From NCBI GenBank assembly GCA_902560855.1, contig CACENJ010000003.1, positions 16,180 through 80,179 of the forward strand: a stretch of 64,000 nucleotides of DNA. Direction: 5' to 3'. Positions 17,477 to 26,593 of this stretch are shown here, in pieces. The position numbers were made by a program, and so were the translations under genes. This DNA comes from an uncultured Pelagibacteraceae bacterium (GTDB lineage Bacteria; Pseudomonadota; Alphaproteobacteria; Pelagibacterales; Pelagibacteraceae). Position 1 is the first letter of the stretch, and every line of letters begins with the position of its first letter. Under the pieces are notes generated by a model. The model saw nothing but the letters and a program-made list of their open reading frames with translations. It was not told the DNA's origin and ran no database searches.

Positions 17477-18061
17477 ATGAGTTTAAAAGTAAGAAAATTC
17501 GCAAAGTTTGTAGATAAAACTTTTATTGAAGGTGGAAAAGAAGCTAAGGAACCAGTTGTTATGGTTTCGGTTGCAGCAGTATTTATAAACCCTTGGCATG
17601 GAAAAGGGTTTGTTGAAGATTTGAAACCCGTAATTTTAGATCTAGCACCAAAACTAGGTGATATTTTGGTACCGGAATTAATTAAAGAGATAGGTTCTCC
17701 GGATAAAATTTTAGCTTATGGAAAAGCAGGTATCGTTGGACTTTCTGGAGAAATAGAACATGCTTCCGCTTTTATCCATACTTTAAGATTTGGAAACAAA
17801 TTTAGAGAAGCTGTCGGTGGCACCTCTTATTTAAGTTTTACTAATACAAGGAGTCCTGCTGGCAGTAAAATATCTATTCCAATGATGCATAAAAAAGATT
17901 CTGGCCTAAGACCTTATTATTTAACTCATGAATTTACAATTCACGATGCACCCTTTGATAATGAGATTGTTATAGCTATTGGTGGAGCATCTAGCGCAAG
18001 AGCTCACGCAAGAACTGGCGACAGATATCAAGACATGAAAGAAATGGGATTAAAATCCTAA
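17477..18061 (+). CDS. DUF1185 / 'amino acid synthesis' (AA_synth) family protein
   Basis: NPWHGKGFVEDL, YGKAGIVGLSGEIEHASAFIHTLRFGN, DAPFDNEIVIAIG, HARTGDRY. Confidence 0.85.
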   Translation: MSLKVRKFAKFVDKTFIEGGKEAKEPVVMVSVAAVFINPWHGKGFVEDLKPVILDLAPKLGDILVPELIKEIGSPDKILAYGKAGIVGLSGEIEHASAFIHTLRFGNKFREAVGGTSYLSFTNTRSPAGSKISIPMMHKKDSGLRPYYLTHEFTIHDAPFDNEIVIAIGGASSARAHARTGDRYQDMKEMGLKS

Positions 18062-18070
18062 ATAAAATTT

Positions 18071-18868
18071 ATGCCTAATACCTCTGAGAGATATAAAACT
18101 GATTACTTGTTTAAAAAAAAAAATGATAAAGCTCCTATAGTATTTATTCATGGTGTAGGCTTAACAAAAGAAATTTGGAACTCACAAATAAAATTTTTCA
18201 AGGATCATAATATACTTACATATGATTTGATTGGTCATGGCAAAACTCCATTGGAGAAAACACAACTTAATTTTGAAGATTTTACAAAACAATTGCTTAA
18301 TTTGATTAACGAATTAGAAATAAATAAAATTCATTTAGTTGGTTTTTCTTTAGGCTCGCTTATAGCAAGAAATTTTGCAGCAGCACATCAAGACAAATTA
18401 AGTTCTCTGGTTCTTTATGCCTCAATCTATAAAAGATCTGAAGAACAAAAAAGAGTTGTACAAAATAGATTTGAATTAATGAAGACAAGCAAAAAAGCCT
18501 CACAAGATAGAGCTGTGAGAAGATGGTTTTCGGATACATTTCTTAGAGAAAATAAAGAAGTTTATGACAAAATATTTTCAATGCTTAGCGAAAATAATCA
18601 CACTAATTTACTAAAAGCATATAAACTTTTCGTTAATTATAAAGATGACGAACAAATTCTCAATAATATTAATACAAATACACTTGTAACTACTGGACAA
18701 TATGACGTAGGATCAACTACCGAAATGGCAAAAAATTTATCTGAAAAAATTAAAAAATCAAAATATATAGAGATAAAAAATGGTAAACACCTTTGCAATA
18801 TAGAATGTTCTAAGGACTTCAACAAAATGATAGAATTATTTGTAGATCAAAATTATGACGAAGCTTAA
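18071..18868 (+). CDS. alpha/beta hydrolase (TgnD/PcaD-like)
   Basis: FIHGVG, YDLIGHG, GFSLG nucleophile, catalytic D (QYDVGS) and H (KHL). Confidence 0.85.
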   Translation: MPNTSERYKTDYLFKKKNDKAPIVFIHGVGLTKEIWNSQIKFFKDHNILTYDLIGHGKTPLEKTQLNFEDFTKQLLNLINELEINKIHLVGFSLGSLIARNFAAAHQDKLSSLVLYASIYKRSEEQKRVVQNRFELMKTSKKASQDRAVRRWFSDTFLRENKEVYDKIFSMLSENNHTNLLKAYKLFVNYKDDEQILNNINTNTLVTTGQYDVGSTTEMAKNLSEKIKKSKYIEIKNGKHLCNIECSKDFNKMIELFVDQNYDEA

Positions 18869-20336
18869 AGAATATAAAATGTTTATTGATGGTTCATGGG
18901 TAGATTCTGAAAGTAAAAAAACTTTCGAAACTCTAAATCCTGAAAACAATGAACCATGGGCAATAGTCCCTGAAGCAAGCGCAAAAGATATTGATAAAGC
19001 AGTCAGGGCTGCACAAAAATCATTTGATGGGGAATGGCCAAAATTATTTCCTAAAGAAAGAGCCAAATATTTAAAAGAAATAGCTAATCAATTAAGAGAA
19101 AATGCCGAGCTACTTGGAAAAATTGAAACAATTGATACTGGAAAATTATTTAAAGAAACAAAAACTCAAGCGAACTATATAGCCGAATATTATGAATATT
19201 ACGCAGGTCTTGCTGACAAAGTTGAAGGAACGGTATTGCCTATAGATAAAGCTAATATGCAAGTTATAACTACTAGAGTTCCTATTGGAGTAGTGGCTGC
19301 AATAATTCCATGGAACTCTCAAATGTTATTAACTGCTGTAAAATTAGCTCCTGCGCTTGCAATGGGTAATACAATTGTAATTAAATCTTCTGAATTAGCA
19401 CCAGCAACATTATTTGAATTTGGAAAATTAATTGAAAAAACTGGTATACCAAAAGGTGTAGTAAATATAGTTTCTGGATTTGGTGAACCATGTGGAAAAG
19501 CTTTAACATCTCACAATTTAGTTGAACGAGTTGCTTTTACAGGTGGTCCTGAAACTGCAAGACATATAATAAGAAATTCTGCTGACAATTTATCTCAGGT
19601 AAGTCTAGAACTTGGAGGAAAAAGTCCTGTAGCTGTTTTTGATGACGCTGATCAAGAAAATGCTTTGAATGGTATTACCGCTGGAATCTTTGGTGCAAGT
19701 GGCCAAAGTTGCATAGCTGGTTCAAGATTATATATACAAAATAATATTTATGAAAATTTTTTAGAAAAAATTGTAAATAGAGCTAATAAAATTAAGTTAG
19801 GACCTCCAATGGAACCCGATACACAAATGGGACCATTAAGCAGTTTAAAGCAACTGGAAATAATAGAAAAAAATATAAAATTGACTTTAGACCAGGGAGG
19901 AAAGCTTAAGTGTGGAGGAAAAAGACATAGTTTATCTAATAAAGGTTATTATTTTCCACCCACAATAATTGAATGTGAAAACCATAATTTGCCTACAGCT
20001 GAAAATGAATTATTCGGTCCAGTTTTATCAGTTATGAAATTTAATACCGAAGATGAAGTAATAGATAAAATGAATGATAATCAATACGGTTTGTCCTCTG
20101 GAGTTTATACAAAAGATATAAACAGAGGATTGAGAGTCTCTAATGCTATTCGTGCTGGGATTACCTTCGTAAATACTTACAGATTAATCTCACCTTCGGC
20201 GCCTTTTGGTGGAATGAAGGACAGTGGTTATGGAAAAGAGGCAGGAATAGAATCTATTAAAGATTATACAAGAATTAAAACAACTTGGTTTAATACATCC
20301 GACAAACCAATGGATGACCCATTTACAATGGGATGA
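18855..20336 (+). CDS. NAD-dependent aldehyde dehydrogenase (TgnC-like subgroup)
   Basis: IIPWN, FTGG, LELGGKSP, GQSCIAGSR, ELFGPV; C-terminal DKPMDDPFTM. Confidence 0.92.
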   Translation: MTKLKEYKMFIDGSWVDSESKKTFETLNPENNEPWAIVPEASAKDIDKAVRAAQKSFDGEWPKLFPKERAKYLKEIANQLRENAELLGKIETIDTGKLFKETKTQANYIAEYYEYYAGLADKVEGTVLPIDKANMQVITTRVPIGVVAAIIPWNSQMLLTAVKLAPALAMGNTIVIKSSELAPATLFEFGKLIEKTGIPKGVVNIVSGFGEPCGKALTSHNLVERVAFTGGPETARHIIRNSADNLSQVSLELGGKSPVAVFDDADQENALNGITAGIFGASGQSCIAGSRLYIQNNIYENFLEKIVNRANKIKLGPPMEPDTQMGPLSSLKQLEIIEKNIKLTLDQGGKLKCGGKRHSLSNKGYYFPPTIIECENHNLPTAENELFGPVLSVMKFNTEDEVIDKMNDNQYGLSSGVYTKDINRGLRVSNAIRAGITFVNTYRLISPSAPFGGMKDSGYGKEAGIESIKDYTRIKTTWFNTSDKPMDDPFTMG

Positions 20337-20340
20337 GTAA

Positions 20341-21198
20341 TTGACTAAAAATCATACATTATTAATTTTATTTGTAATGTTTTTGCTGGGAAGTGCTTAT
20401 CCCACAGCAAAATTAGGTATTAATGCATCTATGCCTCCAATTTTGTTTGGAGCCTTAAGAATGGGAATTGTATTTATTTGCTTAGCGCCTTTTTGCAAAA
20501 TTAAAATTCTTAAAAAAAAATATTTATTACCTCTGATTGCCTTTTCATTTTCAATGGGAGTGGGGGTAAATCTTTTTTTATATTTATCGGTAGAAGCATC
20601 AAGCATAATATCGCCTCTTGTTATAGGTGCTCAATTATCAATTCCAATTGCAATTATTTTAAGCTCAATATTTATTGGGGAATCAATGAACTATAAAAAA
20701 TGGATTTTAATAATTACATCTTTTTTAGGAATTGTACTAATTGGATTTGATCCAAAAATTGCTGATGAAATTTTAGGATTTTTGTTGATATGTGGTATGG
20801 CTTTTTTTTATGCAATGTCACAGGTCTTTTCAAGATATCTTAAAGAATTAGATGTTAAATTTACAAGTGCTTCTATGGGTTTTATTGCTTGCATTACTTT
20901 ATTAATTGCTTCTATTGTTTTTGAAGGAAATACAATTTCTCATTTAAAAAATTTAGAACTTGAAGCTTGGTTAATGGTATTGCATGCCGGAATTCTTTGT
21001 TCTTTATTTGGACACATGACAATGTTTTATCTGTACAAATTTTATCCAGTGGGACAAGTACTTCCTTTTTATGCTTTATTTCCTGTTTTTGGAATGTTGC
21101 TAAGTTTTTTCATATTTGGTGAAATTCCAACTTTAATCATGCTAATTGGTGGAATTATAGTAATAACTTCAGTCTTTTTACTACAAAAAGTAAGATAA
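20341..21198 (+). CDS. DMT/EamA family transporter
   Basis: About 10 TM, EamA repeats; TTG start. Confidence 0.82.
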   Translation: MTKNHTLLILFVMFLLGSAYPTAKLGINASMPPILFGALRMGIVFICLAPFCKIKILKKKYLLPLIAFSFSMGVGVNLFLYLSVEASSIISPLVIGAQLSIPIAIILSSIFIGESMNYKKWILIITSFLGIVLIGFDPKIADEILGFLLICGMAFFYAMSQVFSRYLKELDVKFTSASMGFIACITLLIASIVFEGNTISHLKNLELEAWLMVLHAGILCSLFGHMTMFYLYKFYPVGQVLPFYALFPVFGMLLSFFIFGEIPTLIMLIGGIIVITSVFLLQKVR

Positions 21199-21272
21199 TT
21201 TACTTATTGAAAAAATATACCAATAAGCTTTAATTTATTTTTTATAAATTGTTAACAATTAATGAGGGTATA

Positions 21273-22454
21273 ATGAAAAAACTATTTATTGCTGCATTTA
21301 TATTTGTTTCGACTTTTACAACAAGTACTTTTGCAGATATTAAGATGGGAGTAATTTTAGGATTTACTGGTCCTATTGAATCTCTTACACCCGCTATGGC
21401 AGCTTCAGCAGAACTTGCTTTTAAAGAAGCATCTGACTCAGGTTCGTTATTAGGTGGGAAAACAATCACTCCAGTAAGAGCAGACTCAACTTGTGTTGAC
21501 TCAGCTGCAGCTCAATCAGCAGCGGAAGGTCTTATTTCAGAAGGTGTAGCTGCAATTATGGGAGCAGATTGTTCAGGTGTAACTGGTGCTATTGCAACAA
21601 ACGTTGCAGTGCCTAATGGAGTTGTAATGATTTCTCCATCAGCAACATCGCCTGGCTTAACTGATTTAGCTGACAACGGTTTCTTTTTTAGAACAGCTCC
21701 ATCTGACGCAAGAGGTGGTCAAATTTTAGCTGATATTACTAAAGACAGAAAAATCAAAAGTGTTGCTATTACTTACACTAACAACGACTACGGAAAAGGT
21801 TTAGCAGATGTTTATGCAGCTGCTTGTAAAGCTCATGGTATCAGCGTAACAACAGTTGCTGCTCATGAAGATGGAAAAGCTGACTACTCTTCAGAAGTTG
21901 CTACTCTTGCTTCAGCAGGTGGTGATGCAGTTGCAGTAATCGGTTACCTTGACCAAGGTGGTAAAGGAATTATCCAAGGTTCTTTGGACTCTGGCGCATT
22001 TGATACTTTTATTTTATCAGATGGTATGATCGGAGATTCTTTAACTGATGCATTTGGAAAAAGCTTAAACAAATCTTTTGGTTCTCTACCAGGTTCAACT
22101 GGAAAAGGTGCAGGAGTATTTGCTAAAGTCGCAGGTGCAGCTGGTATTGATCCTTCTGGGCCTTATACTGGAGAATCTTATGATGCAGCAGCTTTAATTG
22201 TACTAGCTATGCAAGCAGGAAATTCTGCGGACAGAGGTTCAATTGCTAAAAATGTAATGGCAGTTGCAAATGGTCCTGGTAAGAAAATTTATCCAGGTGA
22301 GCTTAAAAAAGCTTTAGATTTACTAGCGAAAGGTAAAGCAGTTGACTATGAAGGTGCAACTGGTGTTAATCTTACTGACGTTGGTGAAGCCGAAGGTTCT
22401 TTCTTAGAAAAAGAAATTAAAGGCGGAAAATTTAAAACTAAAAAACAAAGATAA
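21273..22454 (+). CDS. livJ: LivJ/LivK-type (Peripla_BP_6) ABC substrate-binding protein
   Basis: Signal peptide MKKLFIAA..TFA; ADSTC, GADCSG, ISPSATSP, FFRTAPSD, YDAAAL. RBS GAGG before ATG 21273. Confidence 0.88.
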   Translation: MKKLFIAAFIFVSTFTTSTFADIKMGVILGFTGPIESLTPAMAASAELAFKEASDSGSLLGGKTITPVRADSTCVDSAAAQSAAEGLISEGVAAIMGADCSGVTGAIATNVAVPNGVVMISPSATSPGLTDLADNGFFFRTAPSDARGGQILADITKDRKIKSVAITYTNNDYGKGLADVYAAACKAHGISVTTVAAHEDGKADYSSEVATLASAGGDAVAVIGYLDQGGKGIIQGSLDSGAFDTFILSDGMIGDSLTDAFGKSLNKSFGSLPGSTGKGAGVFAKVAGAAGIDPSGPYTGESYDAAALIVLAMQAGNSADRGSIAKNVMAVANGPGKKIYPGELKKALDLLAKGKAVDYEGATGVNLTDVGEAEGSFLEKEIKGGKFKTKKQR

Positions 22455-22467
22455 TATCTAAATTTAT

Positions 22468-22503
22468 AAACCTCAGCGGCGAAAGCTGCTGAGGTTTTTT
22501 TTT
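22468..22503 (+). terminator. Rho-independent terminator
   Basis: AAACCTCAGCGGC-GAAA-GCTGCTGAGGTTT followed by a T run, right after the SBP stop. Confidence 0.9.
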
Positions 22504-23110
22504 ATTTTATAATATTGCTTAAAACATAAAAAGCTAAACAAGACATAAATAAAATAATTATCAAATTAATTATTTTCCAAATTTTGTCGTTCTTTAAATG
22601 GCTAGATAAATATTTTGATAAATAGCCTAGTGCAAAAAAGAAAATTAAAGAAGATAAGGAGGCACCTATTCCAAATAAATATTTTTCTGAAACTAAGAAA
22701 TTTTTAGAAAAGTTTCCAAGAAAAAAAACTGTATCCGAATAAACATGTGGATTTAAATAAGTAAAACCCAAAGTCCTATAAATTGTTTTAAGTAATGATG
22801 TTTTAATATTACTTTCATCTATTTGTACTTCTTTTTTGTTTTCTTTTATTTTTCCCCATATAAAATTTAATAAGAATAATAAAAGAAGAACATTGAATAT
22901 AAGCTCAATTAAAGGTGTAAAAAAACTTTCAAAATAATGAAATAAAAATATTCCTAAAAAAATAAGTAAAAAATCTGAAATTGCGCAAATTAAACATACT
23001 ATAAAAACAAATTGTTTTTTAAGACCTTGCTCAATAACAAATATATTCTGAGCACCTATGGCAAGAATTAAACTTAAACCAGTAAAAAAACCCAGTAACA
23101 GAAAACTCAT
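22502..23110 (-). CDS. LysE/ArgO family exporter
   Basis: LILAIGAQNIFVIEQGLKK; TYLNPHVYSDT. Confidence 0.88.
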   Translation of the reverse strand: MSFLLLGFFTGLSLILAIGAQNIFVIEQGLKKQFVFIVCLICAISDFLLIFLGIFLFHYFESFFTPLIELIFNVLLLLFLLNFIWGKIKENKKEVQIDESNIKTSLLKTIYRTLGFTYLNPHVYSDTVFFLGNFSKNFLVSEKYLFGIGASLSSLIFFFALGYLSKYLSSHLKNDKIWKIINLIIILFMSCLAFYVLSNIIK

Positions 23111-24276
23111 TTTTTGCTTAATATGTCTGCTCTAAAGCTCGAATAAATTATTAATACTAAAAATGGAATACATAGTAGGTTCATAGTTGTCCAGCTAGTT
23201 AAACTTAGCATTATACCTGCTGATAAACTTGCTAATGCCATTGTAGTAAATACAATCAGATCATTAATCCCTTGTGCTTTAAATTTTTCTTCTTCCTTAT
23301 AAGTTAAAACAACTAAACTAGTTCCTGAAATAAATAAAAAATTCCACCCTAATCCTAAAAATATTAATGCTACCATATAATTTAAATATGTTTGTTCAAA
23401 TAAACTTAGGATTACTGTTACAATGTAAAACAAAACTCCTATATAGATTATATTGCTATGCCCAAACTTTTTAATTAAAGTTCCTGTAATTAATGATGGT
23501 AGAAACATAGCAGCTACGTGAATTTGTAGAACAAAGCCTGTTTTTTCTAAGCTCATTTTGTCCATAACATGCATGCTTAAGGGTGTAGCTGTCATCAAAT
23601 ACGACATTACAGCATAAGCAAATGCAGCGGCGGTTACTGCTTGTAAAAATCTTGGTTGAAAAATTATTTCAGATAATCTGCGTCCATTGTATTGATTATT
23701 AAAATCTATTTTTGGATTTTCATTATTATTATAAAAAAATAAAAATATTGCTGGCATAAAAGTAAATGCAGCAAGTAAAAGATAAGAGCCAACATATAAA
23801 TGGTCAGAGACAAGATTTTTTGTATAGTTTGACGACGTTATTCCTAAAAAAGCTGCAACGATACCTGATAGCATTAAAATAGAAATAGCTTTTGGTGCTT
23901 TTTCTTTTTCTACACTTTCAGCTGCTGCAAAACGATATTGATGAGTAAATGCCATACCCATTCCAAGAATTAAGTTTGAAATACAAAATAAAATAAAATT
24001 TTGTTGATAAATAGCAAAAGTAGCTACTAAAGCAGCCGCTGAGCTTCCTAAGGCTGCAAAAATAAAACCTAGCCTTCGGCCTATTTTGCTCATTATTTTT
24101 GCTGCTAAAATAGTACAAATTGCAGTGCCAACAACTGACAAAGCTACAGGTAAAGTTGATAAGGATTTTATAGAAGTAATTTGTGACCCAATAATTGCGC
24201 CTAAAAAAACTGTAATAGTTGCAGCTGTAAACCCAAAAACATAACTGATGGCTAATAAATTAACATTTTTATTCAT
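23107..24276 (-). CDS. MFS transporter
   Basis: 12 TM; KIGRRLGF; QYRFAAAE; MTATPLSM; GWNFLFISG. Start placed at ATG 24276. Confidence 0.88.
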   Translation of the reverse strand: MNKNVNLLAISYVFGFTAATITVFLGAIIGSQITSIKSLSTLPVALSVVGTAICTILAAKIMSKIGRRLGFIFAALGSSAAALVATFAIYQQNFILFCISNLILGMGMAFTHQYRFAAAESVEKEKAPKAISILMLSGIVAAFLGITSSNYTKNLVSDHLYVGSYLLLAAFTFMPAIFLFFYNNNENPKIDFNNQYNGRRLSEIIFQPRFLQAVTAAAFAYAVMSYLMTATPLSMHVMDKMSLEKTGFVLQIHVAAMFLPSLITGTLIKKFGHSNIIYIGVLFYIVTVILSLFEQTYLNYMVALIFLGLGWNFLFISGTSLVVLTYKEEEKFKAQGINDLIVFTTMALASLSAGIMLSLTSWTTMNLLCIPFLVLIIYSSFRADILSKK

Positions 24277-25042
24277 GCATAAACTCAATTAAACTTTCTG
24301 CTACTTCGTCAGGTGCCTCAATTAAAAAAGAATGTTTGTATTTTGGTAAAATTACTAATTTAGAATCTTTTATTTCGTTAGCCATAATTTCATTGTGCTT
24401 TGGGCTACAACCTCCATCATGTTCTCCTGTTAAAAGCAAACATGGTTTAGAAATATTCTTTAACCATGGAAGCATTTCCGTTTTTGCATATATTTTAAAA
24501 ACATTAAGAAAGACCTCAGAATCTGTATCAACAACTTGTTTTAATCTTCTCTCAACTAAATCAGGCTTGTTTTTTATAAATTCATCAGTAAACCACCTGT
24601 TGGTTAAAGTTTGCAATGTTTTTTCTATTCCATTTTTTTCCATTTCATGAATTACATTCCATACTTTTTTAGAATCCTCTTCAGATCTCCCGGCTACAGT
24701 AGATAATAAACCAACTGAAATTGTATTTTCAGGAAATTTTAAAGCATACGCTGGCGCAATCATGCCTCCTAAAGAATGTCCTGCAAAATGTGCCTTTTCA
24801 AATTTTGTTTTTTCTCTAATTCTTTCAAGATCAATAACCAATTCATCTAGATTAAAATTTTTATGAGTTACTGGAGACTTTCCATGACCACGAAGATCAT
24901 AAGTTACTACAGTAAAATGTTTTGATAATTTAGTTAGCATAAATCTCCAAGCATCTTCTGCAGCACCTATTCCATGTGTTAAAAATAAAGGTGGGCCTGA
25001 TCCATTTATTGAATAGTGACAATCTACTGCAGAAATTGTCAT
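24269..25042 (-). CDS. alpha/beta hydrolase (PcaD-like)
   Basis: HGIG, YDLRGHG, GHSLGG, GEHD, KHSFL. Confidence 0.88.
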   Translation of the reverse strand: MTISAVDCHYSINGSGPPLFLTHGIGAAEDAWRFMLTKLSKHFTVVTYDLRGHGKSPVTHKNFNLDELVIDLERIREKTKFEKAHFAGHSLGGMIAPAYALKFPENTISVGLLSTVAGRSEEDSKKVWNVIHEMEKNGIEKTLQTLTNRWFTDEFIKNKPDLVERRLKQVVDTDSEVFLNVFKIYAKTEMLPWLKNISKPCLLLTGEHDGGCSPKHNEIMANEIKDSKLVILPKYKHSFLIEAPDEVAESLIEFMHE

Positions 25043-25045
25043 TGC

Positions 25046-26080
25046 TTATGCTACTTTAGTATTAAATTTTTTAAAATAAGGCATTACTTCTTCACTTATA
25101 CGATGCATTGACTCAATCATTTCACTTTGACTCTGTCCAAAGCCAGCACTTATTATAATTTCGTCAACGCCTGTTTCTGCATAAACACTAAGTTTGTCGA
25201 TCATCTCGTTTACAGGACAAATCAATAAATTTTCCGTTAATTCTTCTAAAGTTTGTTTTCTAAGTAAAGGTTCTATTTTTCCATTTTTAACTTTGCCTGG
25301 ACCAGTAAACACATTATCAAAGCGTTTATAATATTCATAAGCTAATTTATTTTTTTCTTTAGCATCATTTTCATTCGCTGCAGCAAAAGCCATTCTTTGC
25401 ATAGAAATTTTTAACAGTTTACTCTTTTCACCAAGTTTTAAACTACCTTCTTTAAAAGCATTTACTCTTTGTTTTAATAATTCTTTAGAACCAGATAATA
25501 CAGTTGATTGAACATGAAAACCTCTTGAAGCTGCGTCTTTAATGCTATTAAGATCCATTGCAGCAATCATAATTTGAATCGGATTACTTATAGGTCTTGG
25601 CATAATTGTTATTGGATCAAAGTTGTAATATTTTCCTTTATATGAAACTTCTTCTTCATTTAACAACTTCTGAAGTACATCTAAAGATTCTATAAATTTT
25701 TCTTTGGACTTTTCAATTGGTGTACCTAATCTATTCATTTCCCATGCAAAAGCACCACGGCCTACTCCAAGAATTAATCTGCCCTCAGTTAAGATATCTG
25801 CTGTTGCAACTTCACCAGCATAAGTTCTCATATCGTGCAAAGGAAGAACAACAACGCTTGTCGAAATATTAATTTTTTTTGTTAACGCTGCTATTTTGAC
25901 TGCCATCTGCAAAGGTGAAGGCATCATTAAAAGATTTACTAAATGATGTTCGGGTATTGAAACAGTTTTATAACCAAGTTTTTCAGCTAAAATAGCCTGG
26001 TCGATCATATTTTTAAAATGAGTTTTTGATCCTATAGACAGATCTGGCATATAGCTCGTAAGGAAATGATTAAAGTCCAT
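25046..26080 (-). CDS. luciferase-like (LLM) monooxygenase, TgnB-like
   Basis: IPEHH, AGEVATADILTEGRLILGVGRGAFAWE, EEVMPYF. Confidence 0.88.
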   Translation of the reverse strand: MDFNHFLTSYMPDLSIGSKTHFKNMIDQAILAEKLGYKTVSIPEHHLVNLLMMPSPLQMAVKIAALTKKINISTSVVVLPLHDMRTYAGEVATADILTEGRLILGVGRGAFAWEMNRLGTPIEKSKEKFIESLDVLQKLLNEEEVSYKGKYYNFDPITIMPRPISNPIQIMIAAMDLNSIKDAASRGFHVQSTVLSGSKELLKQRVNAFKEGSLKLGEKSKLLKISMQRMAFAAANENDAKEKNKLAYEYYKRFDNVFTGPGKVKNGKIEPLLRKQTLEELTENLLICPVNEMIDKLSVYAETGVDEIIISAGFGQSQSEMIESMHRISEEVMPYFKKFNTKVA

Positions 26081-26136
26081 AAACAGAACTATACCTATTT
26101 TAATTAAAAACTAAAATATGTATTTATCAGAAAGAT

Positions 26137-26159
26137 AAAAAACGAGCCCTAGGGCTATT
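26137..26159 (-). terminator. short GC hairpin plus U-tract; probable terminator of the liv-trx transcript
   Basis: Perfect palindrome AGCCCTAGGGCT (26145-26156) followed on the minus strand by CG-T6. Confidence 0.45.
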
Positions 26160-26178
26160 CCAAGTAAAATGTAATACA

Positions 26179-26550
26179 TTAAATCTCTTTTTCAATGAGA
26201 GAATATATGTCGTTTTTACTTGTAACTCCAATTTCTTTTGCGACTTCTTTGCTATTTTTATAAACAACAATTGTTGCCCAAAAATCTACGTTTAATAATT
26301 TTGCAATATCTTTATTTTTAGTCTGTTCATAACTTAAAAATATAACTTCAGGAAAATCTTTTTTTGCTTCGCTAAGTATTTTTGTTTGTCTAGCACATGT
26401 GCCACAAGATTTGTTCCATGAATTAATAACAATGGTTTTGCCAGCTTTTTGAGCTTCATTAAATGCCTCTAAAGTAAAAGTAGTTTTTTTTTCTACTGCG
26501 AAGGATTCAAAAGCAAAAAGTATAAAAATTAATGTTAAAATTTTCTTCAT
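26179..26550 (-). CDS. exported thioredoxin-family protein
   Basis: Signal peptide MKKILTLIFILFAFESFA; WNKSCGTC (CxxC). Start ATG 26550, not the upstream TTG. Confidence 0.8.
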   Translation of the reverse strand: MKKILTLIFILFAFESFAVEKKTTFTLEAFNEAQKAGKTIVINSWNKSCGTCARQTKILSEAKKDFPEVIFLSYEQTKNKDIAKLLNVDFWATIVVYKNSKEVAKEIGVTSKNDIYSLIEKEI

Positions 26551-26593
26551 AAGGTTATTAATACAAACTACGTTAAATTTTACAATGTGACAA

